Source of the DNA: an uncultured Actinomycetes bacterium
GTDB lineage: Bacteria; Actinomycetota; Thermoleophilia; Gaiellales; Gaiellaceae
Direction: 5' to 3'
DNA: 64,000 nucleotides
NCBI GenBank assembly: GCA_963831405.1
Contig: CAWHPX010000011.1
Span: 29,148-93,147 of the forward strand
Shown: positions 46,160 through 55,490 of the stretch, piece by piece
Layout: the number at the start of each line of letters is the position of its first letter
Numbering within the stretch: position 1 is the first letter of the stretch
The notes under the pieces: model-generated
What the model saw: the letters and a program-made list of their open reading frames with translations, nothing else
Database searches by the model: none
Told to the model about the DNA's origin: nothing
Position numbers and translations under genes: made by a program

Positions 46160-47252
46160 GCGACGAGCTCTCGGATCCGCCGTGCGTATTCCTCCGGCGT
46201 CTGAAGCCACGGGGCGGCGGCCGCACGCGCTCCGTCGCCGAGCCGCTCGGCCAGCGCGCGGTCGGAGAGGACGCGCACGATCGCGTCCGCGAGCGCGGCG
46301 GGCTCTCCCGGCGGCACGAGGAGCCCCGACACGCCGTCCTCCACGAGATTCGGGATGGAGCCGGCGCGCGTTCCGACGACGCCGCGGCCACGGCAGAACG
46401 CCTCGACGAGGACGCGGCCCATCCCTTCCGAGCGGGACGGGAGCACGAGCACCCAGGCGTCGTCCATCGCCGTCGGCCACCTCGGCCGGCGCAAGCTCGC
46501 GCTCCCAGCGAGCGCCTTCGCGCACGAGCGCCTCGGCGACGTCGGCGCGGCTGCCCTTGCCGACGATCCGGAGCGACGCGCCGGGGACGCGGGCTGCAGC
46601 GAGCCGCCACGCCTCCGCGAGCCCGTCGACGTTCTTGTACGGCTCGAGCACGCCGACGAAGAGCGCCGACGGCCTCTCGGGAAGCGGCCGCGCCTCGACG
46701 AGGAACGGCTCGAGGTCCATGAACGCGGGGAACTCCGCGGCCGGCTCGACGCCGAGGCCCTGCACGAGCTGCGCCGTGAACGGAGACACGGTGCGCACGG
46801 CGTCGGCACGCCGCAGCGCGGCGGCGGCAACGGCGTCTCCGAGGCGGGAGAGGATGCGCCGCGCACCCGAGCCGTAGAGGCGTGTCGACGTGCGCCAGTC
46901 GCCGTGCACCTCGACGACGACGCGCGCGGGCACGCGTGCGATCCGCCGCGCGACGAGCGCGGCGGCGGCTTCGTACGCCGTCTGGCAGACGATCGCGTCG
47001 GGCCGGAACTCGCGCAGCAGCTGCGCGATCCGCGGCGGGAGCGCGAGCCAGAAGAGCGGCCCGTCGACCGCGCGCGGCAGAGGACGCACGAGCGTGAACG
47101 TCCCGTCCTCGGTCGGCGAGCCACGGAGCGCAGTGGCGAGCACGCGCAGGTCGAGCTCCGCGGCCAGGGCGTCGTACTTCCTCGCGAGGCTCGGCGTCGA
47201 GCGGCAGCCGGTACCGGGTCCGGGCGACGAAGAGCACGCGGGGCTTCCTCAT
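46156..47252 (-). pseudogene. GT4-type glycosyltransferase 9; two apparent +1 frameshifts (about 47176-47186 and 46471-46481)
   Basis: Three frame segments: MRKPRVLFVARTRYRLPLDAEPRE, then KYDALAAELDLRVLATALRGS...ALFVGVLEPYKNVDGLAEAW...APAEVA, then AMDDAWVLVLPSRSEGMGRVLVEAFCRGRGVV. The span of 1097 nt is 2 mod 3. Confidence 0.7.
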
Positions 47253-48385
47253 CGAGCCACGATACGCAGGAGGGCTTCCTCGAGCGTGGAGAACACACGC
47301 TCCGGCGCATACGCCGCGACGGACGCCCGTGGCCGTGTCGCGGAGCCGGCGCCGGAGCTCGTCGTCGGCGAAGTAACGGCGGATCGCGTCGGCGAGCGCC
47401 TTCGCGTCGCCCACCGGGACGAGCAGTCCGTTCTCGCCGTCGCGCACGACCTCCGCGACGCCGCCCGTCGCCGTCGCGAGCACCGGCGTGCCGGCGGCGA
47501 GCGCCTCGACGACCGTGTGCGGGAAGTTCTCCCAGCTCGAGGAGAGAATCGACGCATCGGCGGCCGCGAAGAGCTCGACGACGCGTGCGCGCGGCTGTGC
47601 GCCGAGGAGGCGAACCCGCCCGCCGAGCCCGAGCTCGGCGATGTCGTGCTCGAGCGCGGGCGCGCTCGTCGCCCTCGCCGGCGATGAGCAGCGCGACCCC
47701 GTCGACCGCCGCCAGCGCCTCGAGCGCGACGCGCAGCGACTTCTGTGCGGTGAGGCGGCCGGCGAACGCGAGCGTCGGGCCGTCGATCGCGAAGCCGCGG
47801 CGAAGCTCCTCGCGCGGCGGCAGCTCCGGCAGCGGCGGCGACGGGTTCGGCAGCACCGAGACGCGCGAAGGCTCGATGCCCCACGAGACCGCGAGCTCGC
47901 GCAGGTACGCGCTCGGCGTGAAGACGTGCGCGGCGTGCTTCAGCTCGACGTCCCGCGCCAGGCGAAGCACGCGAACGGCCGCGCCGCCGCTGCGCCGCTG
48001 GAACTCGTCGACGTCGCCGCCGACGACGCCGCGCCTGCGCGCACGCTCGAAAGCGGGATCCGCGGTGAGCTTGACCACGTACGGCCGCCGCGCGAGCGTC
48101 GCACCTGCGGCGCTGCGGCCGAACATGCCCGTCGTGTAGACGATGTCGGCGCGCGCGGCCCTGCGGGCGACCTCGACGGCGGTCCGCACGTGCACGGCGC
48201 CCTTGGGCAGCGAGCGGCTGATCCAGTGAACCGGGTACGGCTGCTGCGCCGGCGCGCGATCGGCGGTGACGACGACCTCGACGTGGTGCCCGTGCGCACG
48301 GAGGTACGACAGCGACGTCGGGCGCATGGCTGGCCGGACCGCCGACGTCCGGCGGCCAGATCCCGGAGACGACGAGAGCTCTCAC
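47249..48385 (-). pseudogene. GT4-type glycosyltransferase 10; three apparent +1 frameshifts (about 48308-48322, 47655-47670, 47318-47330)
   Basis: Four frame segments: VRALVVSGIWPPDVGGPASHAPDV, then LSYLRAHGHHVEVVV...LLIAGEGDER, then ALEHDIAELGLGGRVRLLG...SWENFPHTVVEALAAGTPVLATATGG...LRDTATG, then SVAAYAPERVFSTLEEALLRIVAR. The span of 1137 nt is 0 mod 3, consistent with 3 x +1. Confidence 0.7.
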
Positions 48386-49671
48386 GGAAGGACGGCTCCG
48401 GTCTCCTGCAGCGGAGACGGCGGCCCGATGTCCTCCGGCCGGATGCGCACGAAGACGAACGCCCACACGGCCGCGAAGACGCACATGCCGACGAGCACCG
48501 CGCCCGCAGCGCCGGTCGCCCCCCAGAGCGCACCGAAGGCGACGACGAGGGGCAGCACGATGATCGTCTCGATCCCGTGCGTGAGGATGCGGAGCCCGGG
48601 ACGGCCGATCGTCACCGGCAGGGACTTCGACCACCCGACGACGAGCTGCACGGCGGCGACGAGCGTGAAGAGACGCGCGGCATCCGCCGCGCCGACGTAC
48701 TGCGGGCCGTTGACGAGCCTGATCAGGTCGGGGATCCAGATGAGAAGCGGCGGCGTCGCCACGATCGAGATGCCGAGCGCCACGAGGCTGTAGCGCCGGA
48801 CGCCGCGAAGGACGACACTCTGCCGGCCCTTCTCCCAGTCACGCGTCTGCTCGGTCAGGAGCACCATCCGCGCCGGGCCCGACAGCGCCTGGAATCCCGA
48901 CTGCGGCGCCTGCGCGACGCGGAAGAGGCCGACCTGCACGGTGTTCGTCACCGCGCCGAGCAAGAGCGGCGCGAGACCGCTGCGCAGCGAGAGCACTCCG
49001 GTCGCTGCGCTCGACTGGAGCACGAACGAGAGGATCTCGCGGCGATCGTCGCCGAGCGGCGTCGACGCCGCGCGCGGGAAGCGCCGGAACGCGGCGAGCG
49101 CCGCGAGCCCGATCGACGCGGTCGAGGCAACCTGCGCTGCAAGCACGCCGGCGATGGCCTCGCGGAGGCCGAAGTGCGCGCCCACCGCGATCCCGGCGAG
49201 GCGGAGCCCCATCCCCCAGGCGAGAAAGAGCGAGCGGATGTCGTACCGGCTGCGCAGGAAGAGGATCGAGCCGGCCAGGCCCTCGAGCGACTGGCTGAGC
49301 GGGATGCCCGCCGCGAGCAGGCAGGGGATCTCGAGCCGGGAGGGCGCGACCTGCGAGAAGACGACGAGCCCGACGGCTCCGAGCAGGGAGCCCGTGAGCT
49401 TGACGCGCATCGCACCCGCGAAGAGGCGCCGGAAACGGCCCCAGTCCTCGCGCGTCGTGTAGCGGAAGCCGTACTTGACGAGCGCCTCCTCGACGGTGAG
49501 ATCGAAGAGCGACTGCAGGAAGCCGGTCGCGAAGATCACGGTCGCGTAGTCGCCGAAGATGCGCGTCGAGTGGAACTCGCGCGTCGCGACGACGGTGCCG
49601 AGGAAGCCCAGCGCGACCGACGAGTAGACGCCGACGGCGGCAATCGAGCGGCGGACGAGGAGCCGGCGCAT
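48382..49671 (-). CDS. Wzx-like oligosaccharide flippase (polysaccharide biosynthesis protein, MOP/PST family)
   Basis: 429 aa with about 12 TM segments and a PST-family-like N-terminus. First gene of a 9-gene coupled operon. Confidence 0.75.
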   Translation of the reverse strand: MRRLLVRRSIAAVGVYSSVALGFLGTVVATREFHSTRIFGDYATVIFATGFLQSLFDLTVEEALVKYGFRYTTREDWGRFRRLFAGAMRVKLTGSLLGAVGLVVFSQVAPSRLEIPCLLAAGIPLSQSLEGLAGSILFLRSRYDIRSLFLAWGMGLRLAGIAVGAHFGLREAIAGVLAAQVASTASIGLAALAAFRRFPRAASTPLGDDRREILSFVLQSSAATGVLSLRSGLAPLLLGAVTNTVQVGLFRVAQAPQSGFQALSGPARMVLLTEQTRDWEKGRQSVVLRGVRRYSLVALGISIVATPPLLIWIPDLIRLVNGPQYVGAADAARLFTLVAAVQLVVGWSKSLPVTIGRPGLRILTHGIETIIVLPLVVAFGALWGATGAAGAVLVGMCVFAAVWAFVFVRIRPEDIGPPSPLQETGAVLP

Positions 49672-49681
49672 CAGGCGAGGG

Positions 49682-49687
49682 TATAGT
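49682..49687 (+). promoter_or_regulatory. candidate -10 hexamer (TATAGT) for the O-antigen-ligase-like gene
   Basis: A near-consensus -10 lies 10 nt upstream of TTG 49698, in the 26-nt divergent spacer. Confidence 0.35.
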
Positions 49688-49697
49688 CGCGGTCTCG

Positions 49698-51023
49698 TTG
49701 GCGACCAGGTTTGCGACCCGAGGTGTGTCGCCCGGCGCGGTCGTGCTGGCGGCGGCGATCCCGATCCTCTTCCTGCACGTCCGGTATCAGCCCGGGCTCG
49801 CGGTCGGCTTCGGCGGCACCACGGTCAACGCGTACCTCTCGGACTTCGCCGTCCTCGCGATCGTCGTCACCGCGCTCGTCGAGGGGGTGCGACGCGGCTT
49901 TTCCGCCCTCAGGCCGGGTCTGCCCCTGTGGCTGCCCGTGGCGCTCTTCCTCCTGTGGGTGCTCGTCGAGGTCGCGCTCGGCCACCGGCACAGCTCCTCC
50001 TATCCCTGGCGGACGCACGGTGTCACGGCGGCGAAGTTCGCCGAGTACGCGCTCATCGCTCCCGCCGTGCCGCTCCTGCTCCGCCGCGGACGCGACGCGC
50101 TGCTGCCCGCCTGGTCGCTCGTCGTCTGGAGCTCCTTCGCGACGCTCGTCGGAATCGCGCAGTTCTTCGGCGCGGCGATCTTCTTCACCGGCGCGGCAGG
50201 CCACCGCCAGGCGTCGTTCCTCTCCATGGCCGACTTCGCGGTGCTCTCGGGAGCGGCGCTCCTCGTCGGCGTCGTGTGCGCCGTGCTGGGGCTCGGCCGC
50301 CGCCTCACAACCGCAGCGCTTGCCACCGGAGCGCTCGGCATGATCGTCGCGGGGGCGCTCGCGGCCATTCTCGGGCTCGCGACGTCGCTCGCAGCTCTCG
50401 CCGTCGTCGTGCTCGTGCGCCGGCGCGACCTGCCGCGCCGGCGCCTCCGGACCGTCGCGGCGGTGGCGGGCGTCGTCCTCCTCGGCGCCGTCGCGATCCG
50501 GATCGGCGACATCACGGACTTCAGCCGCTTTCTCGGCACGTCGTCGGTCTCGGCGCAGCCGCAGGCGAAGAAGGTGCAGACCTACGCTCACCGCACGCTG
50601 CTCGCGTGGCTCGGCTTCGAGATCTGGAAGGACCATCCCGTGACGGGGGTCGGCTGGGAAGGCTCCTCCGAGCCCGCGAGCTTCGGGCCGTACCTGCCTG
50701 CAGCGCATCGCCGCTTCCCGAAGGAGGCGCCGCTCGCCTTCCCGTCGGCTGCGCCGGACCGCCGCTACGGCGTGCAGAACTCGTGGCTCCAGGCGCTCGC
50801 GGATCTCGGGGTGATCGGGCTCGCACTGTGGGCCGCCGTCTTCGCCGCCGCCGCCTGGGTTGCCGTGCGGGCACTCGACTCGTTCACCGGGCTCTACGGC
50901 CTGCTCTCCGTCGCGCTCCTCGTCTGGCTCTGGACGGCGCAGGGCTTCGTCGCCGGCATCCCGCTCGACGCATTCACGTTTCTCGCCCTCGGCGCGGGCG
51001 CGACCCGGCTGCAGCAGGAGTGA
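49698..51023 (+). CDS. O-antigen ligase/polymerase-family membrane protein (Wzy_C-like)
   Basis: 441 aa with about 11 TM segments. A large extracytoplasmic loop contains HRTLLAWLGFEIWKDHPVTGVGWEG and YGVQNSWLQALADLG, the typical Wzy_C/WaaL region. Confidence 0.75.
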   Translation: MATRFATRGVSPGAVVLAAAIPILFLHVRYQPGLAVGFGGTTVNAYLSDFAVLAIVVTALVEGVRRGFSALRPGLPLWLPVALFLLWVLVEVALGHRHSSSYPWRTHGVTAAKFAEYALIAPAVPLLLRRGRDALLPAWSLVVWSSFATLVGIAQFFGAAIFFTGAAGHRQASFLSMADFAVLSGAALLVGVVCAVLGLGRRLTTAALATGALGMIVAGALAAILGLATSLAALAVVVLVRRRDLPRRRLRTVAAVAGVVLLGAVAIRIGDITDFSRFLGTSSVSAQPQAKKVQTYAHRTLLAWLGFEIWKDHPVTGVGWEGSSEPASFGPYLPAAHRRFPKEAPLAFPSAAPDRRYGVQNSWLQALADLGVIGLALWAAVFAAAAWVAVRALDSFTGLYGLLSVALLVWLWTAQGFVAGIPLDAFTFLALGAGATRLQQE

Positions 51024-51109
51024 GCGGGCGGCGCCTGCCGAAGCGTCCGTTACCGTTCGCTTCCGTGCGGCCGACTTACCACGTCGAGGCGGTGGGCTAG
51101 CTGGCCCGT

Positions 51110-52027
51110 GTGCTCGTCACCGGAGGCGCCGGCTTCATCGGGTCGAACCTCGTTCACGGGCTCCTCGAGCGCGGAGACGACGTCCGCGTGCTCGACAACT
51201 TCTCGACCGGCAGCCGGGCGAACCTCGACGGCCTCGACGTCGAGATCGTCGAGGGCGAGCTGCGAAGCTACGAGCGGGTGCACAACGCCGTGCGCGGCGT
51301 CGACGTCGTCTACCATCTCGGCGCGCTCGGCTCGGTGCCCCGCTCGGTGCAGGACCCGCTGACCTCGAGCGCCGTCAACGTCGAGGGGACACTGAACGTG
51401 CTGCTCGCCGCACGCGACGAGGCCGTGCGCCGGGTCGTCTTCTCGTCGTCGACCTCGGTGTACGGCTCCACGAGGCAGCTGCCGACCTCGGAGGACTCTC
51501 CGCCCGATCCGATCTCGCCGTACGGCGTGGCAAAGCTCGCGGCGGAGCGGTACTGCATCAGCTTCTCCCGCGTCTACGAGTCGTTCCAGTCGGTCGTGCT
51601 TCGGTACTTCAACGTCTTCGGGCCGCGCCAGAGCCCGTTCTCGCAGTACGCGGCCGTCGTTCCCCGCTTCGTCACCGCGATCGACGCGGGCGACGCGATC
51701 GAGATTCACGGCGACGGAGAGCAGTCGCGCGACTTCACCTACGTCGGCAACGTCGTCGACGCGACGATCCGCGCCGCCGACGCCGACGGCGCGAGCGGCG
51801 AGATCTTCAACGTCGCCGCGGGTTCGCCGGCGAGCGTGAACCACATCGCGGACACGATCGGGGAGATCCTGGGCAAGCCGGTCGAGCGCCTGCAGCTGCC
51901 GCCCCGCGCGGGCGACATCAGGAACTCGTGGGCCGACCTCTCGAAATCGAAGCGCGTCCTCGGCTATACGCCGGAGACCACGCTCGAGGCGGGTCTCCGG
52001 CGCACGGTCGAGTTCCTGCTCGGGTAG
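51110..52027 (+). CDS. NAD-dependent sugar-nucleotide epimerase/dehydratase (SDR; UDP-hexose 4-epimerase-like)
   Basis: VLVTGGAGFIGSNL, SSSTSVYG, PYGVAKLAAE (YxxxK) and RYFNVFGPRQ. GTG start. Confidence 0.85.
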   Translation: MLVTGGAGFIGSNLVHGLLERGDDVRVLDNFSTGSRANLDGLDVEIVEGELRSYERVHNAVRGVDVVYHLGALGSVPRSVQDPLTSSAVNVEGTLNVLLAARDEAVRRVVFSSSTSVYGSTRQLPTSEDSPPDPISPYGVAKLAAERYCISFSRVYESFQSVVLRYFNVFGPRQSPFSQYAAVVPRFVTAIDAGDAIEIHGDGEQSRDFTYVGNVVDATIRAADADGASGEIFNVAAGSPASVNHIADTIGEILGKPVERLQLPPRAGDIRNSWADLSKSKRVLGYTPETTLEAGLRRTVEFLLG

Positions 52028-53242
52028 CTAGCCGCGCGGGACCTTGACGAACGCGGCCCAGGCCGGCTTCTTCTTGCCGGTGGCCGTCGTGAGGCCCGAC
52101 TGCCAGTTGCCGACGGCCGGCTCGTCGCGCACGAGGAACCAGAGCATCATGTCGATGCGCGGGTTCTTCCTCGCGATCGCGTAGGACTGGGTGAGCCACT
52201 TGGCCTGCGTCTTGTAGGGCACGCCGTAGGTCTTGTCCGGCGGATTCGTCTGGTAGCCGTACTCGGTGATCCACAGGTGCTTCGGGCCGTAGAACTTCGA
52301 CACGAGCTTCAGCAGCAGATTGAGGTTGCCGAGCTGGACGCGCCGCTTGCGCTTGCCCGTCGGCACGAACGTCGGCGACTCGTTCTTGCCGATGTCCGCA
52401 TACGGGTGATGCGCGTAGACGTCGAACTTCTTCATCCCGAAGCGGTGCGCCTGCGTCAGGAAGGTCAACGGGTCGACCGACGCACGCTTGGTCGCCGGTG
52501 CGTCGTTCCCCTTCGGTCCGGTCACACCGCACGCGACGTGCTCGTCGGGCAGGGCGAGACCCGGCGTGTGGACGCCGTTGTAGACCGCATTGCAGATCTT
52601 CGCGTACTGGAACGCGCTCTCGACCCGCCAGGTCTTGCCGACGCGCTTGTACTGCGGCGACAGCCAGATCGGGTTGTTCGGCTCGTTCCAGGCCGTCCAC
52701 ATGTTCACCTTCGGAAGCGGCAGCATCGTCGTCGGGTTCGACGGATCCTGCTGCCAGACCGGAGGCGTCCACAGCCCGCTGTAGCGTTCCGCGGCCGCGT
52801 AGGCGAAGTTCTGGAGATCCTTGAAGTTCTTCGGGGCGACGGTTCTCGCCTTCCCGCCGTTGGCCCACCCCGGCGTGAAGAGGATCGAGAAGACGACCTT
52901 GATGTCGTTCTGCTTCGCGTACCGGACGAGGCGGTCGTAGATCGTCCAGTCGTACGCCTGGTCGCCGGGATCGGTCGCATCGGCGGGCCGAGACTTCGCG
53001 ACGGCCCACTTCGTGCCGCCCCAGTAGAGGTTGACGCGAATGACCTGCGCCTTCAGCGACTTCAGCGTCTCGAAGGCGGAGGTCGGATCGCCGTAGAGCG
53101 TGAACGCCTCGTCGTTGATGCCGACGAGGAGGTGGCTGTTCGTCTTCGAGCTGTGCTTCTTCGGTGAGGCCGTCGCCGCGGACACGGCGAGGCCGGCGGC
53201 GACCGTGACGGCCGTCGCGAGCAGGGCGATGCGTTTAGACAC
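52028..53242 (-). CDS. secreted clan GH-A (TIM-barrel; GH5/GH39-like) glycoside hydrolase
   Basis: Signal peptide [25 protein letters not shown]. Acid/base motif AWNEPNN and nucleophile motif WITEYGY. Lys/Asn-rich with lower GC than the flanks. GTG start overlaps the UXS end by 8 nt. Confidence 0.75.
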   Translation of the reverse strand: MSKRIALLATAVTVAAGLAVSAATASPKKHSSKTNSHLLVGINDEAFTLYGDPTSAFETLKSLKAQVIRVNLYWGGTKWAVAKSRPADATDPGDQAYDWTIYDRLVRYAKQNDIKVVFSILFTPGWANGGKARTVAPKNFKDLQNFAYAAAERYSGLWTPPVWQQDPSNPTTMLPLPKVNMWTAWNEPNNPIWLSPQYKRVGKTWRVESAFQYAKICNAVYNGVHTPGLALPDEHVACGVTGPKGNDAPATKRASVDPLTFLTQAHRFGMKKFDVYAHHPYADIGKNESPTFVPTGKRKRRVQLGNLNLLLKLVSKFYGPKHLWITEYGYQTNPPDKTYGVPYKTQAKWLTQSYAIARKNPRIDMMLWFLVRDEPAVGNWQSGLTTATGKKKPAWAAFVKVPRG

Positions 53243-54173
53243 TCAGTGACTCCCGTGAGTTCGTTTGCAACATGCGCCGCAGGCCGTCCTCGAGGCTGAC
53301 CTGCGGCTCCCAGCCCAGCAGCTGCCGGGCGCGGGTGATGTCGGGTTGGCGGACCTTGGGGTCGTCGACCGGGAGCGCCTCGAAGACGATCTCGCTCGTC
53401 GCCCCGGTGACCTCGAGGACCTTCTGTGCGAGCTCGAGCAGCGTGTATTCCGCAGGGTTGCCGATGTTCACCGGCAGATGCTCCCCACTTTTCGCAAGCG
53501 CAATCAGGCCGCGAATCAAATCCTCGACGTAGCAGAAGCTGCGCGTCTGCGACCCGTCGCCGAACACGGTCAGCGGCTCGTTCGCCAGCGCCTGGCGAAC
53601 GAAGGTCGGGATCGCGCGCCCGTCGTGGGGGCGCATGCGCGGCCCGTAGGTGTTGAAGATCCGGACGATGCACGTATCGACGCCCTGCTGGCGGTGATAG
53701 GCCATCGTCAACGCCTCGGCGTAGCGCTTCGCCTCGTCGTAGACGCCGCGCGGGCCGATCGGGTTCACGTTCCCCCAGTAGGTCTCCGGCTGCGGATGGA
53801 TGAGCGGGTCGCCGTAGACCTCCGATGTCGACGCGAGGAGGAACCGCGCGCGCTTCCACTTCGCGAGGCCGAGCGCGTTGTGCGTGCCGTGCGAGCCGAC
53901 CTTCAGCGTCTGCAACGGCAACCGCAGGTAGTCGATCGGGCTCGCGGGGCTTGCCAGGTGGTAGACGAGATCGACCGGGCCCTCGATCTCCAGATGCGAC
54001 GTGATGTCGTGGTGGAGAAACATGAACTGGTCGCCGCGGAGATGCTCCACGTTCTGCAGCGAGCCCGTCTCGAGGTTGTCGACACAGACCACCCGGAATC
54101 CGTCGGCAACGAGTGCGTCGCACAGATGGGAACCGAGAAAGCCAGCACCTCCGGTGACGACGGCGGTCGGCAT
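53235..54173 (-). CDS. UDP-glucuronate decarboxylase (UDP-xylose synthase)
   Basis: [42 protein letters not shown] and [12 protein letters not shown] are highly characteristic of UXS. Confidence 0.88.
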   Translation of the reverse strand: MPTAVVTGGAGFLGSHLCDALVADGFRVVCVDNLETGSLQNVEHLRGDQFMFLHHDITSHLEIEGPVDLVYHLASPASPIDYLRLPLQTLKVGSHGTHNALGLAKWKRARFLLASTSEVYGDPLIHPQPETYWGNVNPIGPRGVYDEAKRYAEALTMAYHRQQGVDTCIVRIFNTYGPRMRPHDGRAIPTFVRQALANEPLTVFGDGSQTRSFCYVEDLIRGLIALAKSGEHLPVNIGNPAEYTLLELAQKVLEVTGATSEIVFEALPVDDPKVRQPDITRARQLLGWEPQVSLEDGLRRMLQTNSRESLSV

Positions 54174-54180
54174 CTCGTCG

Positions 54181-54186
54181 ATGCTA
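54181..54186 (-). promoter_or_regulatory. candidate -10 hexamer (TAGCAT on the minus strand) for the leaderless UXS-GH operon
   Basis: TANNNT lies 7 nt upstream of ATG 54173. Confidence 0.35.
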
Positions 54187-54245
54187 GCGGGGCCTCCGGA
54201 AGGCCGCCCCGGCCTTCACAAAGGATTTACGCCCGTTCCCGCTGT

Positions 54246-54251
54246 TAGCGT
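54246..54251 (+). promoter_or_regulatory. candidate -10 hexamer (TAGCGT) for leaderless 54258 gene
   Basis: TANNNT lies 6 nt upstream of ATG 54258. Confidence 0.35.
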
Positions 54252-54257
54252 CGCGCC

Positions 54258-55490
54258 ATGCGCTGGTGGGGACCGCTCGTGCTGCTCGCCGCGATTCGCA
54301 TCGCGATCCCGCTCGCCGCCGTCGCAGACGAGGGGTCGAGCCTGCCGGGGCTGCCCGCATTCGTGCGCGCCAGGGGCGACGGCGGCCTGACGGGCGACGC
54401 AACCGGCTTCTATGCCGCGACGCGGGAGTTCATGGCCGCCTGGGGCCGGATGCCGCGCGCCGTGCTGGCGCTCGACGCACTGTTCGCGGTCGCCGCGGCT
54501 GCGGCGCTCGTCGTGCTGTGGCGGCGCCGGCCCGAGCTGCGCGCCTGGGTCGCGGCCGCAGCGCTCTTCGCGTTCGGCCTCGTCGTCGCCGTCGACGTCC
54601 ACTGGATGAAGGCGAGCGGTGCGGCGGTGTTCGGCTGGCCGCTTCTCTGGGCGCTGCCGATGACGGTGTACCGCGCGCTCGGCTTCGACCTGACGAAGCG
54701 CGTCGCGTGGGACGTCGGCGTCGCGCTCTCGCTCGCGATCGTCGCGCTGACGGTCGTCGCCGTCGCCTACCTCGGCCGCAACGCGACCGGCCGCCGCCGG
54801 GTCGGCCTGCTTGCGGCGGCATTCTGGACGGCGTGGCCGGTGCTCGTCGGCCTCGTCGCCGGCCACGGCGCGTGGGCGAACGGCCAGTGGGAGGTCGACG
54901 CCGGCCTCCACAACTACAGCGAGCCGCTGTCGACCCTGCTCGTGACGGCGGCTGCGGCGCTCGTCCTGTCGCCCCGCCGCACGCAGCTTCAGCTCGCACT
55001 CGCAGGCTGCGCGCTCAGCGCCGCAACGCTCGTCAAGGTGTCGAACGGGCTGCTCGCTGCAGCCGCGCTCGCCGTCGTCCTCCTGCGCGGACGCTCGCGC
55101 GACGCGCTTCCCTACCTGGCCGGAGCTCTCTCGCTCGCGCCGCTCGTCGCCGTCTACTGGCCGCTCTCGTACCCGAAGCTCTTCGACAACCCGCAGGCAT
55201 GGCCGAGCGATCCATTCGACCCCGGCCACATCGTCACGAGCTGGACGCATTCCTCGATCTTCGATCCGCGCACGCTCGCGATCATCCTGCCGCTCGCGAT
55301 CGTCGGCGCGCTCGCGATGCGCCGGCCGTGGGCGCTCGCGCTCGTGCTCGCCTTCCTGCTCGTCAACCCGGTCTTCTACAGCTTCTACGCGAACACGGCC
55401 ATGCATCCGCGCTTCCTCTACGCAAGCCTGCCCGAGCTCTTCGTCCTGTGGGCGGGCGGCCTACGCGTGCTCGCGGGCGTCCGGCGATGA
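54258..55490 (+). CDS. polytopic membrane protein (weak GT-C-like candidate)
   Basis: 410 aa with about 11 TM segments and no strong motif. Its stop overlaps the ATG of the GT87-like gene (ATGA). Confidence 0.55.
   Translation: MRWWGPLVLLAAIRIAIPLAAVADEGSSLPGLPAFVRARGDGGLTGDATGFYAATREFMAAWGRMPRAVLALDALFAVAAAAALVVLWRRRPELRAWVAAAALFAFGLVVAVDVHWMKASGAAVFGWPLLWALPMTVYRALGFDLTKRVAWDVGVALSLAIVALTVVAVAYLGRNATGRRRVGLLAAAFWTAWPVLVGLVAGHGAWANGQWEVDAGLHNYSEPLSTLLVTAAAALVLSPRRTQLQLALAGCALSAATLVKVSNGLLAAAALAVVLLRGRSRDALPYLAGALSLAPLVAVYWPLSYPKLFDNPQAWPSDPFDPGHIVTSWTHSSIFDPRTLAIILPLAIVGALAMRRPWALALVLAFLLVNPVFYSFYANTAMHPRFLYASLPELFVLWAGGLRVLAGVRR

Noticed and set aside
51024-51109. Promoter or terminator in the 86-nt spacer before the epimerase gene (TAGCTG 4 nt upstream of GTG 51110).
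   Set aside because: The hexamer lacks the conserved final T, and no convincing hairpin was found, so the evidence is too weak to annotate.
52028-54173. Prophage, integrative element or transposon as the explanation for the lower-GC patch.
   Set aside because: No integrase, transposase, tRNA attachment site or flanking direct or inverted repeats were seen. The two genes are functionally integrated with the locus. It is reported only as possible old horizontal acquisition.
54187-54213. Imperfect hairpin GGGGCC-tccggaa-GGCCgCCCC in the UXS/54258 divergent spacer as a regulatory element.
   Set aside because: The stem is short and bulged. GC-rich spacers form such pairings by chance, and no second copy or flanking motif supports it.
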